Shown in pieces: positions 10,616-19,647 of a DNA stretch of 64,000 nucleotides. This DNA comes from an uncultured Actinomycetes bacterium. Its GTDB lineage: Bacteria > Actinomycetota > Coriobacteriia > Anaerosomatales > PHET01. Position 1 is the first letter of the stretch, and every line of letters begins with the position of its first letter. The notes under the pieces are model-generated. The model was not told the origin of the DNA, searched no databases, and was given only the letters and a program-made list of their open reading frames with translations. The DNA is taken from NCBI GenBank assembly GCA_963770765.1, contig CAVYQS010000015.1, positions 9,194 through 73,193 of the forward strand, in the 5' to 3' direction. The translations under genes were made by a program, and so were the position numbers.

Positions 10616-11325
10616 TCGCCTATCGCGACTCTTCGGTGGCCAGGCCGCTGCGCATCGCCGTGCCCAAGGGGGCGCTCTTCGAAGACTCCGTCAAGCTGCT
10701 TGCGGCGGCGGGGCTGGAGCTGGGCTCCCTGCCCGACCCGGGGCGCCAACTCATCGTGGGGACCGCCGACGCCGAGTTCATCATCGGCAAGCCGACCGAC
10801 ATCCCGGTCTACGTCGCCTACGGCGCGGCCGACTGCGGCATCGGCGGGAAAGACGTGCTCATAGAGGCCGGACTCGACGTGGTGGAGCTCGTGGACCTCG
10901 GATTCGGCGGGTGCCGGTTCGTGGTCGCCGAGCGCGAAGATGCAGGTGCCGCCGTGAGCGAGCGTGCACGCCATCTGGGGGTCATCAGGGTGGCCACGAA
11001 GTACCCCAACATCGCCCAGGCGCACTTCGACGCGAAGGGCATCCAGGTCGAGATCGTGAAGCTGAACGGCAACATCGAGCTCGCGCCGCTGATCGGCATC
11101 TCCGATGTCATCGTGGACATCACGGCGACGGGTACGACACTTCGCAAGAACAACCTGCGTATCGTCGAAGACGTTCTGCCCAGCACCGCGCGCTTCGTGG
11201 GAAACCCCGCGGCCGTGCGCACCGACCCGCGCGTGATCGCGCTCGCGAACACGTTGTCGGAGCTGTCGGTAGAATCCGTAGTGGCGGGCGATGCGCCCGC
11301 CACCCCGACCGAAAGCGAGTCATAG
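10612..11325 (+). CDS. hisG: ATP phosphoribosyltransferase, short form
   Basis: LRIAVPKGALFEDS..DIPVYVAYGAADCGIGGKDVL..LNGNIELAPL..DITATGTTLRKN. GTG 10612 overlaps the hisZ TGA (GTGA). AGGAAGG RBS. Confidence 0.9.
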   Translation: MIAYRDSSVARPLRIAVPKGALFEDSVKLLAAAGLELGSLPDPGRQLIVGTADAEFIIGKPTDIPVYVAYGAADCGIGGKDVLIEAGLDVVELVDLGFGGCRFVVAEREDAGAAVSERARHLGVIRVATKYPNIAQAHFDAKGIQVEIVKLNGNIELAPLIGISDVIVDITATGTTLRKNNLRIVEDVLPSTARFVGNPAAVRTDPRVIALANTLSELSVESVVAGDAPATPTESES

Positions 11326-11326
11326 C

Positions 11327-12649
11327 ATGCTGCGACGCATCGTGCTTGAGCCAGGACAGCGTCTGACCGAAGCGGATCTCGCCCGAAGTGGTGGCATCGA
11401 CGCCGAGGTCATCGGTGTCGCCGCGCGCATCGTCGACGACGTCCGCCAGCGAGGAGACGAGGCGGTCCGCGAGTTCACGCTGCAGTTCGACAAGTGCGCG
11501 CTCGACGACTTCCGTGTGAGCGAGGAAGAGATCCAGGCGGCCGTGGACCAGTGCGAGGCCGAGTTCCTCGACGCGCTCACCACGGCGGCCGGCGCCATCG
11601 AGGACTTCCACCGCCGGCAGGTCCAGCAGTCGTGGTTCACCGCACAGGAAGGCGGCGTGTTCCTCGGCCAGAAGGTCAGCGCGCTTCGGCGCGTGGGCAT
11701 CTACGTGCCCGGCGGACGCGCCCGCTACCCCTCCAGCGTGCTGATGAACGCGATCCCTGCGATGGTCGCAGGCGTCGACGAGATCGCCATGGTCGTGCCG
11801 CCGGCCGCGGATGGCTCGGTGAACCCCTACACGCTCGCAGCCGCCGCCGAGGCCGGCGTCACCGAGATCTACCGGATCGGCGGGGCGCAGGCGGTGGCGG
11901 CGCTGGCGTACGGCACCGACACGATCCCGCGCGTCGACAAGGTCGTCGGCCCCGGCAACGCGTACGTCACCGCCGCCAAGAAGCTCGTGATGGGCGACGT
12001 GGGCATCGACATGCTCGCCGGCCCCTCCGAGGTGCTCATCCTGGCCGATGAGACCGCCGTGCCGGCCTTCGTGGCCATCGACCTGATGGCGCAGGCGGAG
12101 CACGACCCGCGGGCGGCGACGTACCTTGTCACCACCGACCCGGAGCTGCCCGACCTCGTGGAGCAGGCCCTCGAGATCCTGCTCCAGGAGTCACCGCGAG
12201 GCGAGATCACCGAGCGCTCGCTCGTCGACAACGCGCTCGTGGTCATCTGCCCCGATGTCGTGGCTGCGCTCGACACGTCCGACCTGATCGCACCCGAGCA
12301 CCTCGAGGTGCAGATGGCCGACCCATACGAGCTTCTCGGCTCGATACGAAACGCGGGGGCGATCTTCCTCGGTCCGTGGACCCCCGAGAGTGTCGGCGAC
12401 TACGTCGCCGGGCCGAACCACGTGCTTCCCACCGGCGGGACCGCCCGCTTCTCGAGCCCGTTGTCGGTCGACGACTTCGTGAAGAAGTCGAGCGTGCTGG
12501 GCTACAGCTTCGAGGCGCTCGAGCTCGACGGCGCCACGGTGCTCGAGATCGCCGACAAAGAGGGTCTGTGGGCGCACGGCCGTGCCGTCTCGCTCCGGCT
12601 CGAGGCGATCGACCAGGTCCGCGACGACGACGTCGCGGACGAGGAGTGA
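11327..12649 (+). CDS. hisD: Histidinol dehydrogenase
   Basis: GIYVPGGRARYPSSVLM..GPGNAYVTAAK..AQAEHD..GDYVAGPNHVLPT motifs. ATG 11327 lies 1 nt after the hisG stop. Confidence 0.95.
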   Translation: MLRRIVLEPGQRLTEADLARSGGIDAEVIGVAARIVDDVRQRGDEAVREFTLQFDKCALDDFRVSEEEIQAAVDQCEAEFLDALTTAAGAIEDFHRRQVQQSWFTAQEGGVFLGQKVSALRRVGIYVPGGRARYPSSVLMNAIPAMVAGVDEIAMVVPPAADGSVNPYTLAAAAEAGVTEIYRIGGAQAVAALAYGTDTIPRVDKVVGPGNAYVTAAKKLVMGDVGIDMLAGPSEVLILADETAVPAFVAIDLMAQAEHDPRAATYLVTTDPELPDLVEQALEILLQESPRGEITERSLVDNALVVICPDVVAALDTSDLIAPEHLEVQMADPYELLGSIRNAGAIFLGPWTPESVGDYVAGPNHVLPTGGTARFSSPLSVDDFVKKSSVLGYSFEALELDGATVLEIADKEGLWAHGRAVSLRLEAIDQVRDDDVADEE

Positions 12650-12653
12650 GCAG

Positions 12654-13772
12654 ATGAACAGCTTTCGTGAACCGCGCGAGGAGCTCGAGGCGCTCGTACC
12701 CTACGACGCCAAAGACGTCCGTGCCGAGGTGGTGCTCGCGAGCAACGAGAACCCCGCGAACCTGCCGAGCGAGATCATCGCGAAACTGGCCGACCGGCTG
12801 GCTGACTTCAGGTTCAACCGCTACCCCGACCCGACCGCCCACGACCTGCGCAAGATGATCGCCGATGCCAACGGGCTCGATCCCGAGAACGTCTTGGTGG
12901 GCAACGGCGGCGACGAGCTCATCTTCGACCTGCTGCTCGCGTGGGGTGGTCCCGGTCGCAAGATCCTCGATACACCGCCCACGTTCTCGATGTACGCCAT
13001 CGACGCCGCGTCGACCGCTACCGAGGTGGTGCGCGTTCCGCGCGGCGAGGACTTCTCGATCGACACGGTCGCGGTCCTCGAGCGGGTGCGGCACGGCGAC
13101 ATCGACGTCGTGATCATCGCCAACCCCAACAACCCCACCGGCGGACTCACCGACGAGTCGTTCCTGATCGAGCTTCTCGGCGCATCCGATGCCATCGTGA
13201 TGGTCGATGAGGCCTACTTCGAGTTCAGCCGGCACACGATGCGCCCGCACATGGCTCGGCACCCCAACCTCGTGATCCTGCGGACGTTCTCCAAGGCGTT
13301 CTCGCTCGCGGGGCTTCGGGTGGGCTATCTTCTCGGGCACGCCGATGTGGTCCGAGAGCTGATGAAGGTGCGCCAGCCCTACTCGGTCGATTCGTTCAGC
13401 CAGTGGGTGGCGGCGACGGTCTTTCGCGAGCGGATGATCTTCGAGCAGGGGATCAGCGACATCATGCGCGGGCGTGACCGCATCATGCACGGGCTCTCGA
13501 TGATCCCCGGCGTCGAGGTCTTCCCCAGCGAGGCGAACTTCGTGCTGTTCCGAGTCGAGCATGCGAGTGCGGTATGGCGCGATCTGCTCCACGGGCACTC
13601 GGTGCTCATTCGGGACTTCTCGCGCAGCCCCGGCCTCGAGGGCTGTCTGCGCGTGACGGTGGGCACGCCCGAGGAGAACGAGCGCTTCCTCGCGGCGATG
13701 GATGAGCTGCTCGCCAGCCGGCGTGCGGCTGAGCACTTCGGCGAGAACGTCAAGGCCAACCGGCACCAGTAG
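12654..13772 (+). CDS. hisC: Histidinol-phosphate aminotransferase
   Basis: Class II aminotransferase. [34 protein letters not shown] (PLP lysine). ATG lies 4 nt after the hisD stop. Confidence 0.93.
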   Translation: MNSFREPREELEALVPYDAKDVRAEVVLASNENPANLPSEIIAKLADRLADFRFNRYPDPTAHDLRKMIADANGLDPENVLVGNGGDELIFDLLLAWGGPGRKILDTPPTFSMYAIDAASTATEVVRVPRGEDFSIDTVAVLERVRHGDIDVVIIANPNNPTGGLTDESFLIELLGASDAIVMVDEAYFEFSRHTMRPHMARHPNLVILRTFSKAFSLAGLRVGYLLGHADVVRELMKVRQPYSVDSFSQWVAATVFRERMIFEQGISDIMRGRDRIMHGLSMIPGVEVFPSEANFVLFRVEHASAVWRDLLHGHSVLIRDFSRSPGLEGCLRVTVGTPEENERFLAAMDELLASRRAAEHFGENVKANRHQ

Positions 13773-13806
13773 ACGCGAGGCCAACACGATGGGAGCTGAA
13801 CCGATG

Positions 13807-14391
13807 GGCCGCACAGCGACAGTCACCCGGTCGACCGGGGAGACGGACATCACGGTCACCGTCGACCTCGATGGGACGGGCGTCACCAGCGTGGAGACGG
13901 GTGTGCCCTTCTTCGACCACATGCTCGACGCGTTCGGGCGTCACGCGACGCTTGACATGTCCGTGAGCGCCTCAGGGGATCTCGCCGTCGACGCGCACCA
14001 CACCGTCGAGGATGTCGGGATCGTGCTGGGACAGGCCATCGCGCAGGCGCTGGGCGACAAGGTGGGAATCACGCGTTTCGGCGACTGTGCCATGCCGATG
14101 GACGAGGCCCTGGTGTTGGGCGCCGTCGACATCAGCGGGCGGGGGCAGCTCCACTACGCGGTCGAGCTGCCCATCGAGATGATCGGGACGTTCGACACGA
14201 CGCTTGCCAAGGAGTTCTTCATCGCGCTCGCGGCCAATGCCGGCATCACGCTGCACATCCGTTCGTTCGCCGGCGAGAACAGCCACCACATCATCGAGGC
14301 GGCGTTCAAGGCGGCCGCGCGTGCACTGCGAGAGGCGATCGCCATCGACCCGCGTGTGGGCGGCGTGCCGTCCACGAAGGGCGCCTTGTGA
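13807..14391 (+). CDS. hisB: Imidazoleglycerol-phosphate dehydratase
   Basis: [47 protein letters not shown] motifs. GGGAG RBS before ATG 13807 (alternative ATG at 13789). Confidence 0.92.
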   Translation, partial: GRTATVTRSTGETDITVTVDLDGTGVTSVETGVPFFDHMLDAFGRHATLDMSVSASGDLAVDAHHTVEDVGIVLGQAIAQALGDKVGITRFGDCAMPMDEALVLGAVDISGRGQLHYAVELPIEMIGTFDTTLAKEFFIALAANAGITLHIRSFAGENSHHIIEAAFKAAARALREAIAIDPRVGGVPSTKGAL

Positions 14392-15008
14392 TCGCGATCA
14401 TCGACTACAAGATGGGCAACCTGCGCAGCGTCGAGAAGAGCTTCGAACACGCGGGCGTGAGCGACGTCGTCGTGACCGAGGATCCGGCGGTCATCGAGCG
14501 CGCACACGGGATCGTCTTGCCGGGCGTGGGTGCGTTTCGCGACGCCGCCGCCAACCTGCGCGAATCCGGTGTCCAGGACATCATCCGGCACCGCGTCGCT
14601 CACGGGACGCCCTTCCTCGGCATCTGCTTGGGGCTGCAGCTCCTGGCTGATGTGGGCTACGAGGACGGCGAGTGGACCGGGCTCGGCCTCGTGCCGGGCA
14701 CCTGCGAGCGGCTGCCCGGGGGCGTCAAGATCCCACATATCGGATGGAACACCGTCGAATACCCGCGCGACAGCACGCTGTTCGCCGGTATTCCCGAGTC
14801 GACCGCGTTCTACTTCGTGCACAGCTACCGTCACGTGCCGGCCGACTCCTCGGCGGTCATCGGCTCGACCGAGTACGGCGTACGCTTCGCGTCGGCCGTG
14901 CAACATGACAACGTCTTCGCTGTGCAGTTCCACCCCGAGAAGAGCTCGACCGCGGGGCTGAAGCTGCTCGCGAACTTCGGTTCGATCGTGGAAGGGGCTC
15001 GCGCGTGA
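14388..15008 (+). CDS. hisH: Imidazole glycerol phosphate synthase, glutamine amidotransferase subunit
   Basis: [43 protein letters not shown]. Start overlaps the hisB stop. Confidence 0.95.
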   Translation: MIAIIDYKMGNLRSVEKSFEHAGVSDVVVTEDPAVIERAHGIVLPGVGAFRDAAANLRESGVQDIIRHRVAHGTPFLGICLGLQLLADVGYEDGEWTGLGLVPGTCERLPGGVKIPHIGWNTVEYPRDSTLFAGIPESTAFYFVHSYRHVPADSSAVIGSTEYGVRFASAVQHDNVFAVQFHPEKSSTAGLKLLANFGSIVEGARA

Positions 15009-15736
15009 TCGTGTTTCCCGCAATCGATATCCTGGGCGGCCGTGCCGTTCGGCTGGCTCAGGGCGACTACGAACGTGTCACCGTCTACAACGACGATCCG
15101 GTGGCGCAGGCTGAGAGCTTCGCCGAGCAAGGCGCCGAGTGGGTCCACGTGGTGGATCTCGACGGCGCTCGCGACGGCATCCCGGGCAACATCGGTGTGG
15201 TCGAGCGCATCGTGCGCGAGGTGGGCATCCCGGTCCAGACCGGCGGCGGCATCCGCACGCTCGAGACGATGCAGCGTCTGGCCGATGCGGGGGTGTCGCG
15301 CATGGTGCTCGGCACCAAGCTCGCGACCGACCCCGAGTTCGTACGGGCAGCGGTCGCCGGCTTCGGCGACGCCGTGACGGCCGGCATCGACGCGCGCGAC
15401 GGCATGGTCGCGGTCGAGGGCTGGCGCGAAGGCACATCGACGCCGGCGAGCGAGCTCGTCAGCGAGCTGCGTGACCTTGGCATCCGCCACCTCGTCTACA
15501 CGGACATCTCGCGAGACGGGATGCAGACGGGCGTGAACGTCGATGCCTACGAGGCGATAGCGGAAGAGGCCGGCTTTCCCGTGATCGCGAGCGGCGGCGT
15601 CTCGACGCTCGACGACTTCGCAGCACTCGCGGCATTGGGTCCCGACACCGTCGAGGGCGCGATCACCGGCCGTGCTCTCTACGAGGGCGCCTTCAAGCTC
15701 AAGCACGCCATCCGCGCCGCACGAGGGGAGTACTGA
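15005..15736 (+). CDS. hisA: 1-(5-phosphoribosyl)-5-[(5-phosphoribosylamino)methylideneamino]imidazole-4-carboxamide isomerase
   Basis: [45 protein letters not shown]. Overlaps the hisH stop. Confidence 0.93.
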   Translation: MIVFPAIDILGGRAVRLAQGDYERVTVYNDDPVAQAESFAEQGAEWVHVVDLDGARDGIPGNIGVVERIVREVGIPVQTGGGIRTLETMQRLADAGVSRMVLGTKLATDPEFVRAAVAGFGDAVTAGIDARDGMVAVEGWREGTSTPASELVSELRDLGIRHLVYTDISRDGMQTGVNVDAYEAIAEEAGFPVIASGGVSTLDDFAALAALGPDTVEGAITGRALYEGAFKLKHAIRAARGEY

Positions 15737-15738
15737 CC

Positions 15739-16506
15739 GTGCTGATGAAGCGCGTCATTCCCTGCCTCGACGTGCACGAGGGCCGCGTGGTCAAGGGCGT
15801 CAACTTCGTGAACCTGCGAGATGCGGGCGATCCTGTCGAGATGGCGGCGATCTACGACAAAGCCGGCGCCGACGAGGTCGTCTTCCTCGACATCACGGCG
15901 ACGCACGAGGAGCGCCCGAGCATGCTCGAGGTCGCGACGCGGACCGCCGAGGAGTGCTTCATCCCCTACACGGTGGGCGGTGGGATGCGTTCGGCCGCCG
16001 ACATCCGTGAGATGCTCAAGGCCGGCGCCGACAAGATCTCGCTCAACAGCGCCGCGGTGCGCGACCCGTCGCTGATCACCCACACGGCGCGCATCTACGG
16101 CGCGCAGTGCATCGTCACCGCGATCGATGCGCGCCGGGTTCCCGGGTCGAGCCCTGCTCGGTGGGAGGTCTTCATCAACGGCGGACGCATCAACACCGAG
16201 ATGGACGCTGTGAGGTGGGCAGCCGAGGCCGAGCGTCTGGGTTCGGGCGAGATCCTCCTCACGAGCATGGACTGCGACGGCACGAAAGACGGTTTCGACA
16301 TCGACCTCACGCGGGCGGTCACAGGCGCCGTCAACGTGCCGGTCATCGCGAGCGGGGGAGCGGGCGAGCTCGACCACTTCGCCGAAGTCGTGATCGAGGC
16401 CGACGCCGACGCCGTTCTCGCGGCAAGCGTGTTCCACTTCGGGACCTACACGGTCGAGCAGGTCAAACGGCACATGGCGCAGGCGGGGATCCCCGTGCGT
16501 CTGTGA
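15739..16506 (+). CDS. hisF: Imidazole glycerol phosphate synthase cyclase subunit
   Basis: [49 protein letters not shown]. Confidence 0.95.
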   Translation: MLMKRVIPCLDVHEGRVVKGVNFVNLRDAGDPVEMAAIYDKAGADEVVFLDITATHEERPSMLEVATRTAEECFIPYTVGGGMRSAADIREMLKAGADKISLNSAAVRDPSLITHTARIYGAQCIVTAIDARRVPGSSPARWEVFINGGRINTEMDAVRWAAEAERLGSGEILLTSMDCDGTKDGFDIDLTRAVTGAVNVPVIASGGAGELDHFAEVVIEADADAVLAASVFHFGTYTVEQVKRHMAQAGIPVRL

Positions 16507-16584
16507 GCGCCGGAACCGTTGTCAGTGCACGCGTAAGGGTCTACCATCGTCGTAAGGAGTAGCCTCAAGAGTAAGGAATCGACC

Positions 16585-16857
16585 ATGCGGGTGCGCGCCA
16601 AGGTGACTTCAAAGGGCCAAGTCACCGTGCCGATCGAGGTCCGGCAGGCTCTGGACCTCTCGACCGGGGACATGCTCGTCTTCGAGGTCGGTGACGGGTA
16701 TGCCACGTTGGCCAAGCGCCGTTCCGCGGTGGACATAGCCGCGGAGCTTCGGGAGAAGTACCCGCAGCTGTCGCAACCGCCTCGTTTCCAGACGAAGGAG
16801 CAAGCGATCGAAGCGCACTTTCGGGAACGCATCGCGCATGACGAGCAGCAGTCGTGA
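16585..16857 (+). CDS. AbrB/MazE/SpoVT-type antitoxin (VapB-like)
   Basis: 90 aa. N-terminal swapped-hairpin motif AKVTSKGQVTVPIEVRQALDL..GDMLVFEV. Its stop overlaps the start of the PIN gene (GTGA). Confidence 0.8.
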   Translation: MRVRAKVTSKGQVTVPIEVRQALDLSTGDMLVFEVGDGYATLAKRRSAVDIAAELREKYPQLSQPPRFQTKEQAIEAHFRERIAHDEQQS

Positions 16858-17261
16858 GACTCGCTGACGCAAACGTCGTTCTCGACTTCTGTGCTGGCAC
16901 GGCCGAGCGGATCGAGCGAGCGCGCGTGGTGGCCTCATTGGTCGAGGAGACGGGCGAGACACTCGTGGTGACCGAGGTGGTACTCGCGGAGGTGTTCTGG
17001 GTGCTTGCAGCCGGGTACGCTGTGCGAGGCGAGGACGCTGTCGAGATCGTGGAGTCGCTGTTGTCGTCGGCCGAGTTCAGGGCATGGGACGAGGAACTGG
17101 TGAGCTGCGCATTTGATGTCAAACGGCGTCTTCCCGCGCTCGATATCGCGGATTGCATCCTGGCGGCGCGGACGCTCGTTCATGACGATGTAGTGATTAC
17201 CAACGACCGCGCACTGATTCGCGCGATACGGACCGAAACGCAACGACGGGAGATCTCATGA
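16854..17261 (+). CDS. PIN-domain toxin (VapC-like ribonuclease)
   Basis: 135 aa with the four PIN acidic positions ([29 protein letters not shown]). Its stop overlaps the hisI ATG (ATGA). Confidence 0.8.
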   Translation: MRLADANVVLDFCAGTAERIERARVVASLVEETGETLVVTEVVLAEVFWVLAAGYAVRGEDAVEIVESLLSSAEFRAWDEELVSCAFDVKRRLPALDIADCILAARTLVHDDVVITNDRALIRAIRTETQRREIS

Positions 17262-17644
17262 GTGATCGCGAAGCCGACCTTCTCGGCATCGACGAGATGA
17301 AGTACGACGCCGACGGGCTCATTCCCGCGGTGATCCAAGACGTCGAGAACGGCGACGTGCTCATGGTGGCCTACATGAACCGCGAATCGCTGGTGCAGAC
17401 GATCGAGACGGGCAAGACGTGGTTTTGGAGCCGCAGCCGCAAGAAGTACTGGATGAAGGGCGAGAGCTCGGGACACACGCAAGACGTCCACGAGCTGCTC
17501 TACGACTGCGACGCCGACTGCCTGCTCGTGAAGGTCACGCAAAACGGTCCGGGCGCGTGCCACACCAACGAGCGGTCCTGCTTCTACCGGCGGCTCTATC
17601 CGCACTCGGAGTCGGTGGCGAAGGGTGGTCACTGCGATGACTGA
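17258..17644 (+). CDS. hisI: Phosphoribosyl-AMP cyclohydrolase
   Basis: [53 protein letters not shown]. Confidence 0.93.
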   Translation: MSDREADLLGIDEMKYDADGLIPAVIQDVENGDVLMVAYMNRESLVQTIETGKTWFWSRSRKKYWMKGESSGHTQDVHELLYDCDADCLLVKVTQNGPGACHTNERSCFYRRLYPHSESVAKGGHCDD

Positions 17645-17936
17645 CGGCCGCTCGCTCGGAGACGTCGTCGATGCGCTGTGGGCCACGATCGAAGCGCGCC
17701 GCAGTGCCGACCCCGACTCCTCGTACACCGCGCTGCTGCTCTCGGGCCACGAGGACAAGCTGCTCAAGAAGATCGCCGAGGAGTCAGGTGAGGTCATCAT
17801 GGCCGCCAAGGACGCGGATGCCGATCATCTGCGCTACGAGGCCGCGGACCTCACCTACCACCTGCTGGTCGTACTCGCGCGCTATGGCCTCACCCCCGAT
17901 GACCTGGCCGCAGAGCTCGCCTCGCGATTCAAGTAG
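17637..17936 (+). CDS. hisE: Phosphoribosyl-ATP pyrophosphatase
   Basis: [43 protein letters not shown] 17637 overlaps the end of hisI. Confidence 0.9.
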   Translation: MTDGRSLGDVVDALWATIEARRSADPDSSYTALLLSGHEDKLLKKIAEESGEVIMAAKDADADHLRYEAADLTYHLLVVLARYGLTPDDLAAELASRFK

Positions 17937-17945
17937 GAACCGCCG

Positions 17946-18995
17946 GTGCCGTCGCACGAGACCGAGCAGGTACCCATCAAAGGGAGGCCCGACCAGCGGC
18001 GACGTGAGCCGCTGTGGGACCGGGTCGATGCCAACCGCGTGAAGCTCGCCGCCTACGTCGTCCTGTTCGTGCTCTCGGTGGTGCTCGTCGTCGATGTGGT
18101 GCTCCTCGTCTTCGGCGGCTGCCTGGTGGCGTTCTTGATGGCGCGAGCCGGGGCGTGGGGCCAGTTCGAGACGGTCTTCGGTCGGGGACCGGTCGGTCCG
18201 ATGAGCTACCTGAGCCTTGCGATCGGCGTCAGCGCCTTGGTGTGGGCGCTCATCACCCTCTCACGATCCGAGAAGTGGCTGCTGAAGCGATTCGGGGCGG
18301 TCCTCGTCCCCAAGGGCGACCTCGTGGACACGAAGTTGGCGCTCAAGGACATGGCCGTCGCCGCCGGCCTGCCGATCTCGCCGGCTCTTCACCTCATCGA
18401 GAACAGCACGGTCAACGCGTTCGTCTTCTCGGCCCACCGCAGGCGTGCGGTGCTGGGCGTCACCCGGGGGTTCGTGAACAAGCTCGATATCGACGAGCAG
18501 CGTGCCGTGTTCGCGAACCTGGTGGCGCGGTTGGCCGGCGGAGACACGATCGTCGACACCGGCGTCGCCTCGCTGCTGTGGCCGCTCAACGCGTGGCGCA
18601 ATCACAACCTCGATGACCAGAACCGGATGATGGACAGCACGTTCGCCGGGGAGCTGGACAACTTCGCGGGTCGCGCTCCGCTGCTGCTGTTCGGGTTCGC
18701 GCTCGCGATCGTGGGCGAGGTCTTCGCCTTCGGTCAGCGTCATCGTCAGCTCAGAGCCGCCGAGAAGGGCGACGCCGAGGGAATGCTGCTGCTCAAGGAC
18801 CCGCAGTCGATGCTGTCGGCGCTCGAGAAGGCGGTTCGATACGACAACGTCGTGCCGGGTGCCGGCGACACCTTCTCGGACCTCTTCTACTGCTGGACGG
18901 GAGATAGCACCAACGACGAGAACGATCCCGAGTGGGAGAGGGTGGCGCGGCTGCGCGAGGTCCTGGGAGTGGAGGGCGTGGTGCCGGGGACCTAG
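17946..18995 (+). CDS. M48 (HtpX-like) peptidase homolog lacking the HExxH zinc site; membrane protein
   Basis: Two N-terminal TM segments. M48-like blocks NSTVNAFVFS..AVLGVTRGFVNKL and AAEKGDAEGMLLLKDPQSMLSALEK. At the HExxH position the protein reads FANLVAR (nt 18504-18530). Confidence 0.6.
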   Translation: MPSHETEQVPIKGRPDQRRREPLWDRVDANRVKLAAYVVLFVLSVVLVVDVVLLVFGGCLVAFLMARAGAWGQFETVFGRGPVGPMSYLSLAIGVSALVWALITLSRSEKWLLKRFGAVLVPKGDLVDTKLALKDMAVAAGLPISPALHLIENSTVNAFVFSAHRRRAVLGVTRGFVNKLDIDEQRAVFANLVARLAGGDTIVDTGVASLLWPLNAWRNHNLDDQNRMMDSTFAGELDNFAGRAPLLLFGFALAIVGEVFAFGQRHRQLRAAEKGDAEGMLLLKDPQSMLSALEKAVRYDNVVPGAGDTFSDLFYCWTGDSTNDENDPEWERVARLREVLGVEGVVPGT

Positions 18996-19126
18996 TGCAG
19001 CAGGCGCACCCTGTAGCCTTGGCCACCGCACGAGGGGCACTTCGTCCAGGCGTCCTTACCGGACTCCTTGTTGATGGCTATGATCTTGTTGCCCTTGCAC
19101 TGCGGGCACTCTTCCTTGCGAACCAT
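18992..19126 (-). CDS. 44-aa zinc-ribbon microprotein (CxxC..CxxC)
   Basis: MVRKEECPQCKGNKIIAINKESGKDAWTKCPSCGGQGYRVRLLH. GGAGG RBS 7 nt upstream of ATG 19126. Its stop codon shares the CTAG with the convergent M48-like gene. Confidence 0.55.
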   Translation of the reverse strand: MVRKEECPQCKGNKIIAINKESGKDAWTKCPSCGGQGYRVRLLH

Positions 19127-19257
19127 CCTGATGCGCCTCCTCGGCACTGCCGGATGACTGGTTTCTCGGCATTTCAATAGCAACCCTTGAGCCAGCAAAT
19201 CGGATTTCGCAAGGTTTCTTCAGAGGCCGAGGGCGGAGATCCGGTCAAGCCCACCAC

Positions 19258-19285
19258 TTGCATGCCGGAGCGCGGCGGGTATACA
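19258..19285 (+). promoter_or_regulatory. Sigma-70-like promoter of the trp leader (TTGCAT-16 nt-TATACA)
   Basis: TTGCAT 19258-19263 and TATACA 19280-19285. The same GGTATACACT -10 context recurs at 60630-60640. Confidence 0.45.
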
Positions 19286-19304
19286 CTCCTGCGAAACCGA
19301 ACAG

Positions 19305-19600
19305 CAACGCCTGTGACGGGGAAGAGTACTTCAGCGCGATCGCTCTAGAGAGCCGGGGACGGTGGAATCCCGGCGCGCAGCACTGAAGGAATGGGCCCCT
19401 GAGGCTCCGGGACAACGGCCATGATGGCCTACTAGTCCCGGCGGACACCCACCGATACAAGGGGCCGGGTATGGAGGCGGAGCAGGTGCGCCGGAGTACC
19501 GTCGGAGACACAAGTGGTCACGTCGCATCCGTGCGGCGAGGCAACAAGGGTGGTACCGCGAGAGAAGCTCTCGTCCCTTGATGGACGGGGGCTTTTTGTG
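19305..19600 (+). promoter_or_regulatory. T-box leader (tRNA-Trp sensing, specifier UGG) with intrinsic terminator
   Basis: Stem I K-turn/GA motif GUGACGGGGAAGAGUAC, then AGAGAG bulge and GGUGGAA distal loop. Specifier loop GGAA-UGG-G (UGG 19392-19394) sits next to the CCCC/GGGG helix. T-box core AACAAGGGUGGUACCGCGAG at 19543-19562. Terminator 19565-19576/19583-19594 plus U-tract. Confidence 0.85.
19565..19600 (+). terminator. Rho-independent terminator of the T-box leader
   Basis: 12-bp stem AAGCUCUCGUCC / GGACGGGGGCUU (2 G-U pairs), loop CUUGAU, followed by UUUUUGUGUU. Confidence 0.8.
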
Positions 19601-19647
19601 TTCCCGGGGTACGGGCGACTCGCAGGTGAAGGGTTGGAAGCGAAGAG

